NCBI RefSeq assembly: GCF_963921235.1
Contig: NC_086101.1
Coordinates: forward strand, 191,022,001 to 191,086,000
Reading direction: 5' to 3'
Length of the DNA: 64,000 nucleotides
DNA from: Mobula hypostoma
Lineage: Eukaryota
Of the stretch, positions 59,885-64,000 are shown piece after piece. Each line of letters opens with the position of its first letter. Position 1 is the stretch's first letter. The notes beneath the pieces were generated by a model. The model was given only the letters and a program-made list of their open reading frames with translations, was not told where the DNA came from and made no database searches. Position numbers and translations under genes: made by a program.

Positions 59885-61830
59885 TAAGACCATAAGTCGA
59901 TACGATATAGGAGCAGAAGTAGGCCATTCAGTCCATCGAGTCTCTCCGCCATTCAATCATGTGCTGGTTCAATTTTTCCAGTCATCCCCACTCGCCTGCC
60001 TTTTCTCCACACCATTTGATGCCCTGGTTAATCAACAACCTATCTATCTCTGCCTTAAAGGCTCCCAATGACTTGGCCTCCACAGCCACTCATGGCAACA
60101 AATTCCACAGATTTACCACCCTCTGACTAATTTCTCTGCATCGTTGTTCTAAATGGACGTCCTTCAATCCTGAAGTCATGCACTCTTGTCCAAGAATCCC
60201 CTACCATGGGAAATAACTTTGTCATATCTAATCTGTTCAGGCCTTTTAACATTCAGAATATTTCTATGAGATCCCCACCCCTTCTCCTGAACTCCAGGGA
60301 ATACAACCCAAGAGCTGCCAGACGTTCCTCATACAGTAACCCTTTCATTCCTGGAATCATTCTCGTGAATCTTCTTGAACCCCCTCCAATGTCAGTACAT
60401 CCTTCCTAAAATAAGGAGCCGAAAACTGCACACAATACTCCATGTGGTCTCACGAGTGCCCTATAGAGCCTCAACATCACATACCTGCTCTTATATTCTA
60501 TACCTCTAGAAATGAATGCCAACATTGCATTCACCTTCTTCACAACCGATTCAACCTGGAGGTTAACCTTTAGGGTATCCTACACAAGGACTCCAAAGTC
60601 CCTTTGCATCTCTGCATTTTGAATTCTCTCCCCATCTAAATAATAGTCTGCCCGTTTATTTTTTCCACCAAAGTGCATGACCATACACTTTCCAACATTG
60701 TACTTCATTTGCCACTTCTTTGCCCATTCCCCTAAACTATCTAAGTCTTTCTGCAGGCTCTCTGTTACCTCAACACTACCTGCTCCTCCACCTATCTTTG
60801 TATCATCAGCAAATTTAGCCACAAATCCATTAATCCCTTAGCCCAAGTCATTGACATCCATAGTAAACAGCAGTGGTCCCAGCACCGACCCCTGTGGAAC
60901 TCCACTGGTAACCAGCAGCCAGCCAGAATAGGATCCCTTTATTCCCACTCTCTGTTTTCTGCCGATCAGCCAATGCTCCACCCACGCTAGTAACTTCCCT
61001 GTAATTCCATGGGCTGTTATCTTGCTAAGCAGCCTCGTGTGTGGCACCTTGTCAAAGGCCTTCTGAAAATCCAAGTACACCACATCTGCATCTCCTTTGT
61101 CTACTCTGCTTGTATTTTCCTCAAAAAGCTGCAGTAGGTTAGTCAGGCAGGATTTTCCTTTCAGGAAACCATGCTGGCTTTGGCCTATCTTGTCGTGTGC
61201 CTCCAGATATTCTGTAATCTCATCCCTAACAATCGATTCCAACAACTCCCAACCACTGGTGTCAGGCTAACAGGTCTCTAGTTTCCTTTCTGCTGCCTCC
61301 CACCTTTCTTAAATAGCAGAGTAACATTTGCAATTTTCCAGTCATCCGGTACAATGCCAGAATGAAATCAGTTCTCGAAAGATCATTGTTAATGTCTCCG
61401 CAATCTCTCCAACTACTTCCTTCAGAACCTGACGGTGCATCCCATCAGGTCCAAGAGATTTATCCAGCCTCAGACCAGTAAGCTTCCTGAGCAGCTTCTC
61501 AGTCATAATTTTCACTGCACATGCTTCACTTCCCTGACCCTCTTGAATGTCTGGTATATTGCAGGTGTCTTCCACTGTGAAGACTGATGCAAAATACACA
61601 TTCAGTTCCTCTGCCATCTCTGCGTCTCTCATTACAATATCTCCAGCATCATTTTCTGTTGGTCTTACATCTACCCTCAACTCTCTTTTACCCTTTATAT
61701 ACTTTAAAAAGCTTTTAGTATCTTTTTTGATGTTGGTCACCAGCTTCCTTTCATAATTCATCTTTTCCTTCCTAATGACCTTCTTAGTTTCCTTCTGCCA
61801 GTTTTTATAAGCTTCCCAATCCTCTATCTT
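59885..61830 (-). mobile_element. CR1 LINE, about 1.9 kb, RT region
   Basis: Minus ORFs with SQHGFLKGKSCLTNL...VYLDFQKAFDKVPH...[14 protein letters not shown] and AKFADDTKIGG. Confidence 0.92.
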
Positions 61831-62507
61831 CTGACCATAGCCAACATCCTGCCGTTGGAGGGGGTTGGACAATTGTGGTTGGAGCTCTCACAATTTCCTC
61901 TTGTGCTTCCTTTAACGGCCTGTGGTGCACTTCATCCAGATGTGGAAACTTCTTCACATTTGAAGATGTGTAGCTGCTTAATGTTTCCTGTTTTAGCAGA
62001 GACTCAACGCCGCAGTGGTTAGTACTGATGACCCAGGTCCAGTCCTGAGCTCGGTTGCTGTCTGTGTGTGGATATTTTCCCTGTGGCCGTGTGGGTCTGG
62101 GCCACAGCAAAGTCTCCTTCACTTCCTGTCACAGGTCTCTCCCCAGCAATGCCACTCCCATCCCCCCAGACCGCAGCAGTAAGCCTTCCATCTTAAAGTT
62201 CAAAATTCAAAGCAACCTTATCATCAAAGTACATAGGGTTTTTAAAATTTATTTAGAGATACAGCACAGTAACTGGCCGTCTGTCCCCAGGAGTCAGCGC
62301 CCCATTCCCCGTTACACCAATGTGACCAATTAACTGACTAATCCGCACGCCTCTGGAATGTGCAAGGAAACCGGAGCACCCAAAGGAACGCTGTGTGGTC
62401 ACGGGAATAACGGAAATCCACGCAGTCACAGAGAGAACGTACAAGCTCCTTACAGGGAGCAGTGGGAATTGAACCTGGGCCAGTGGATGGAGCTGTAATA
62501 GTGTTAC

Positions 62508-63855
62508 ATAGTCATAGTCATATTTTATTGATCCCGAGGGAAACTGGGTTTCATTACAGTTGCACCAACCAAGAATAGAGTATAAATATAGCAATATAAA
62601 ACCATAAATAATTAAATAATAATATGTAAATTATGCCAGGAAATAAGTCCAGGACCAGCCTATTGGCTCAAGGTGTCTGACCCTCCAAGGGAGGAGTTGT
62701 AAAGTTTGATGGCCACAGGCAGGAATGACTTCCTATGACACTCAGTGTTGCATCTCAGTGGAATGAGTCTCTGGCTGAATGTACTCCTGTGCCCACCCAG
62801 TACATTATGTAGTGGATGGGAGACATTGTCCAAGATGGCATGCAACTTAGACAGCATCCTCTTTTCAGACACCACCGTCAGAGAGTCCAGTTCCATCCCC
62901 ACAACATCACTGGCCTTACGAATGAGTCTGTTGATTCTGTTGGTGTCTGTTACCCTCAGCCTGCTGCCCCAGCACACAACAGCAAACATGATAGCACTGG
63001 CCACCACAGACTCGTAGAACGTCCTCAGCATCGTCCGGCAGATGTTAAAGGACCTCAGTCTCTTCAGGAAATACAGACAGCTCTGACCCTTCTTGTAGAC
63101 AGCCTCAGTGTTCTTTGACCAGTCCAGTTTATTGTCAATTCATATCCTCAGGTATTTGTAATCCTCCACCATGTCCACACTGACCCCCTGGATGGAAACA
63201 GGGGTCACCGGTGACTTAGCTCTCCTCAGGTCTACCACCAGCTCCTTAGTCTTTTTCACATTAAGCTGCAGATAATTCTGCTCACACCATGTGACAAAGG
63301 TTTCTACCGTAGCCCTGTACTCAGCCTCATCTCCCTTGCTGATGCATCCAACTATGGCAGAGTCATCTGAAAACTTCTGAAGATGACGAGACTCTGTGCA
63401 GTAGTTGAAGTCCGAGGTGTAAATGGTGAAGAGAAAGGGAGACAAGACAGTCCTCTGCGGAACCCCAGTGCTGCTGATCACTCTGTTGGACACACAGTGT
63501 TGCAAGCACACGTACTGTGGTCTGCCAGTCAGGTAATCAAGAATCCATGATACCAGGGAAGCATCCACCTGCATCGCTGTCAGCTTCTCCCCCAGCAGAG
63601 CAGGGCGGATGGTGTTGAACACACTGGAGAAGTCAAAAAACATGACCCTCACAGTGCTCGCTGGTTTGTCCAGGTGGGCGTAGACACGGTTCAGCAGGTA
63701 GACGATGGCATCCTCAACTCCTAGTCGGGGCTGGTAGACGAACTGGAGGGGGATCTAAGTGTGGCCTGAACATAGGCCGGAGCAGCTCCAGAACAAGTCT
63801 CTCCAGGGTCTTCATGATGTGGGAGGTCAATGCCACCGGTCTGTAGTCATTGAGG
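62508..63855 (-). mobile_element. Rex1 LINE (young family), longest copy with RT core
   Basis: RVMFFDFSSVFNTI...STGVPQRTVLSPFLFTIYTSDF...KFSDDSAIVG and a (CTATGA)n tail. Confidence 0.92.
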
Positions 63856-64000
63856 CCACTGGTGCTATGCTACCATATCACCCCCTTAAATTATGCCCCC
63901 TGGTATTATCCGCTTAACTCTGACATGGACGGTCCCAAGCCCAGCTCTGAAAGGTTGGGCATGGGCAACCCCATCCTGTAAAAACCCAGAAACAGAGAAA

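Overview
Vertebrate genomic DNA, most likely a cartilaginous fish (ray/skate-like). This is inferred from the repeat mix of CR1, Rex1/Babar, RTE, HE1/V-SINE-like SINEs and Penelope-like fragments. Most of the window is decayed transposable elements. Inside the repeats I can assemble one complete spliced gene on the minus strand. It has five coding exons: signal peptide 47148-47088, V-set Ig 35790-35437, V-set Ig 28383-28009, transmembrane 26097-25998 and tail 14601-14586. All junctions are GT-AG with matching phases, giving a 301-aa type I membrane protein. It resembles Siglec-15 (extra Cys pair in V1, LGxK transmembrane lysine). It differs in having a V-V rather than V-C2 architecture, no F-strand sialic-acid-binding Arg in either domain, and a very short tyrosine-motif-free tail, so it is a candidate adaptor-coupled activating immune receptor. 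Other notable content: a full-length non-autonomous Gmr1-like Gypsy element (tRNA-Pro PBS, integrase before RT) in the last intron; Penelope-type minimal hammerhead ribozyme motifs, one intact and several inside inverted repeats; a 29-bp minisatellite amplified from a hammerhead segment; two CpG-rich promoter-like regions, one with clustered RFX X-boxes and a CTCF-like site; a HERO-like endonuclease remnant; and a recent Rex1 family in five copies. Repeat boundaries were set by eye. Family assignments come from recalled motifs, not database searches.
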